Shown here in pieces: positions 63,701 to 64,000 of a stretch of DNA of 64,000 bases (positions are counted from its first letter, which is position 1; each line of letters begins with the position of its first letter). The DNA comes from Thermoplasmata archaeon. Lineage in GTDB: Archaea > Thermoplasmatota > SW-10-69-26 > JACQPN01 > JAJPHT01. The stretch spans positions 1,769 to 65,768 of the forward strand of contig JAXDQU010000033.1 in assembly GCA_034667685.1 (NCBI GenBank). The letters are read 5' to 3'. The notes beneath the pieces are model-generated. The model saw only the letters and a program-made list of their open reading frames with translations. It searched no databases and had not been told where the DNA came from. The translations under genes were made by a program, and so were the position numbers.

Positions 63701-64000
63701 GCGACCGGCCTCGCCAGCGTGCGCGCCAACGTCATCACGCCCACCAGCGACGTCGAGAGCCTGCTGCTCCTGCCGCAGCCCGACGGGCGCTTCGCCGCGA
63801 CGCAGCCCTGGCTCCAGGCCGGCACGTACGGCGTCACCCTCGCCGCGACGGACAACGCCGTGCCCACGCCCAACGTGAACGACACGCACCAGGTGCTCGC
63901 CTCGTTCAGCGTCGCGCCCGGAAGCCAGCCCGTCATCGCGCTCGCCCCCGGCCAGTCCACGACGATCCACACGGGCTCGGTCGTGCTCCTCTCGATCACG
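60767..64000 (+). CDS. Large secreted CARDB-repeat surface protein, 3'-truncated by the window (at least 1,078 aa)
   Basis: Not in the ORF track because there is no stop. I checked every TGA/TAG/TAA from 60767 to 64000 and none falls in this frame. ATG 60767 (alternative 60758) follows AGGAG and overlaps the upstream gene by 11 nt. Signal MSTRTVAALLVALVSLSVLPAGAQA. CARDB-like units (DLVATALVLDNPIVNRTTTVDLTVQNLGTATSGPF; PDLTVARVDANTTTPYGGDPLGLTVRVGNVGN). Confidence 0.8.
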   Translation, partial: MSTRTVAALLVALVSLSVLPAGAQAQGAGTSDLVATALVLDNPIVNRTTTVDLTVQNLGTATSGPFTVFFGYGKADSDADCLTADNSADSSDPTQVANSGPQACYQQQPSGLPGGQSVHVTFRWTITPAKAFPNNGQITIMTEIENPCTQQQNTTACQGTTGVIGSRSQGPDTETGNNLKAFFPSVKIPKVHAWPLRNAPAPEPASAPTFVNLDWPRDQVSVPCVDPPLVNDVACVAQPGHAIQSVYHVVNSGNTGDTMVGSVLAMASLYSDLGYRVTFAPASKFLNPGESADIVAMIDVPPQAPAGQSPNVGTATPNITLVWSSSTDSRVRSDDAGNTAQDCPSTLDDARECQAATLLPFVVATRHGLNVTTSLKDNFTTVSVGNTTSFSLIANNTGNAPDEYAVTLDRALSTINDSWLRPGSLPAPRTLQAGEVSTFQPTIVPPANATKGYYTVAYDVQSTSTDATLPQKVKFTVLLDQWYGLTWQNDNPRQRLVPGESASFRMSVANPGNGPENLTVGVQNQPNGWFWSISSTTIALGPHGLGNDTAVFFLNTTIPPNVPAGAAATFFVNVTSNDPANQPALRPAPASLEDEVDVIAGPNAELSAGVTEQFVDPGNTTTYRVHVRNVGNEASNFSVVARSSSGVWGASVDPGYLVLVPVNSPTGFAEGDVTLTLRAPAGVRVGDPESIDHVTVTLTPSTDDGRARSLVLDGRLSGPDLTVARVDANTTTPYGGDPLGLTVRVGNVGNRQPAAAVTLSVVAIDATGGRTLIGNVTLLPTDLRPGGVHDVRVPWDTTGVEGAQVIQATIDPANAIPEIDETNDQASLSLVLRTANAIRLVPPQDGLSGHPGERVSYDASPDVFQIQYTGNQPSEPVRVEILSEHGWVAADKAVINLDLPHLATLPIPVDLTIPTLPGTSTDRLTLRVTPVYRPNAPVTAAITTGVLDDAPPQIQGVTVDPPAIKLGQNATIYATVVDATGLASVRANVITPTSDVESLLLLPQPDGRFAATQPWLQAGTYGVTLAATDNAVPTPNVNDTHQVLASFSVAPGSQPVIALAPGQSTTIHTGSVVLLSIT

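Noticed and set aside
1-64000. Mobile genetic element, prophage or defence island interpretation of the accessory-looking region.
   Set aside because: No integrase, transposase, recombinase, capsid/terminase, nuclease/helicase defence-type or toxin-antitoxin motifs were recognised. There are no flanking tRNA or direct repeats, and composition is uniform across the window.

Overview
Very GC-rich (roughly 70-75% by eye) chromosomal segment. An MCM replicative helicase, TATA-box/leaderless-type gene starts and oligo-T terminators point to Archaea; the lineage cannot be fixed without a database search. Stop codons are rare, so the ORF track is full of long Arg/Gly/Ala-rich shadow ORFs. I chose frames by third-position G/C bias, protein-like composition, signal peptides and recognisable motifs. 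All domain names come from motif recognition by eye; no searches were run.

nt 1-21,000 is a mixed-strand region. It holds carA, mcm, a DUF72 gene, a MarC-family gene, an Lrp/AsnC-type regulator and two wHTH regulators. It also holds several small secreted proteins and lipoproteins, and three paralogous Cys-rich secreted proteins (12476-13825, 16986-18773, 18952-20712).

nt 21,080 to the window end is one uninterrupted plus-strand, translationally coupled array of nine CDSs (at least 43 kb, about 14,300 codons). It encodes two surface proteins of more than 4,000 aa, then a 1,362-aa and a 2,257-aa surface protein; the 2,257-aa protein ends in a TM helix plus a DUF4129-like tail. These are followed by a DUF4350-like protein, a MoxR AAA+ ATPase, a DUF58 protein, a polytopic membrane protein, and a further CARDB-rich protein that runs off the window. 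This giant-surface-protein/MoxR-DUF58 operon is my main candidate for an undescribed system.

Other signals:
- an over-represented in-frame palindrome, TGATATCA, built from rare codons
- a related heptamer, GCTATCA
- VPGPE[PL]-type C-terminal sorting-signal-like tails
- a 77-nt palindromic intergenic repeat present twice
- an 82-nt palindrome of 15-mers upstream of mcm
- a TATA box shared by two divergent leaderless genes

No rRNA, tRNA, CRISPR array, transposase or integrase was seen.
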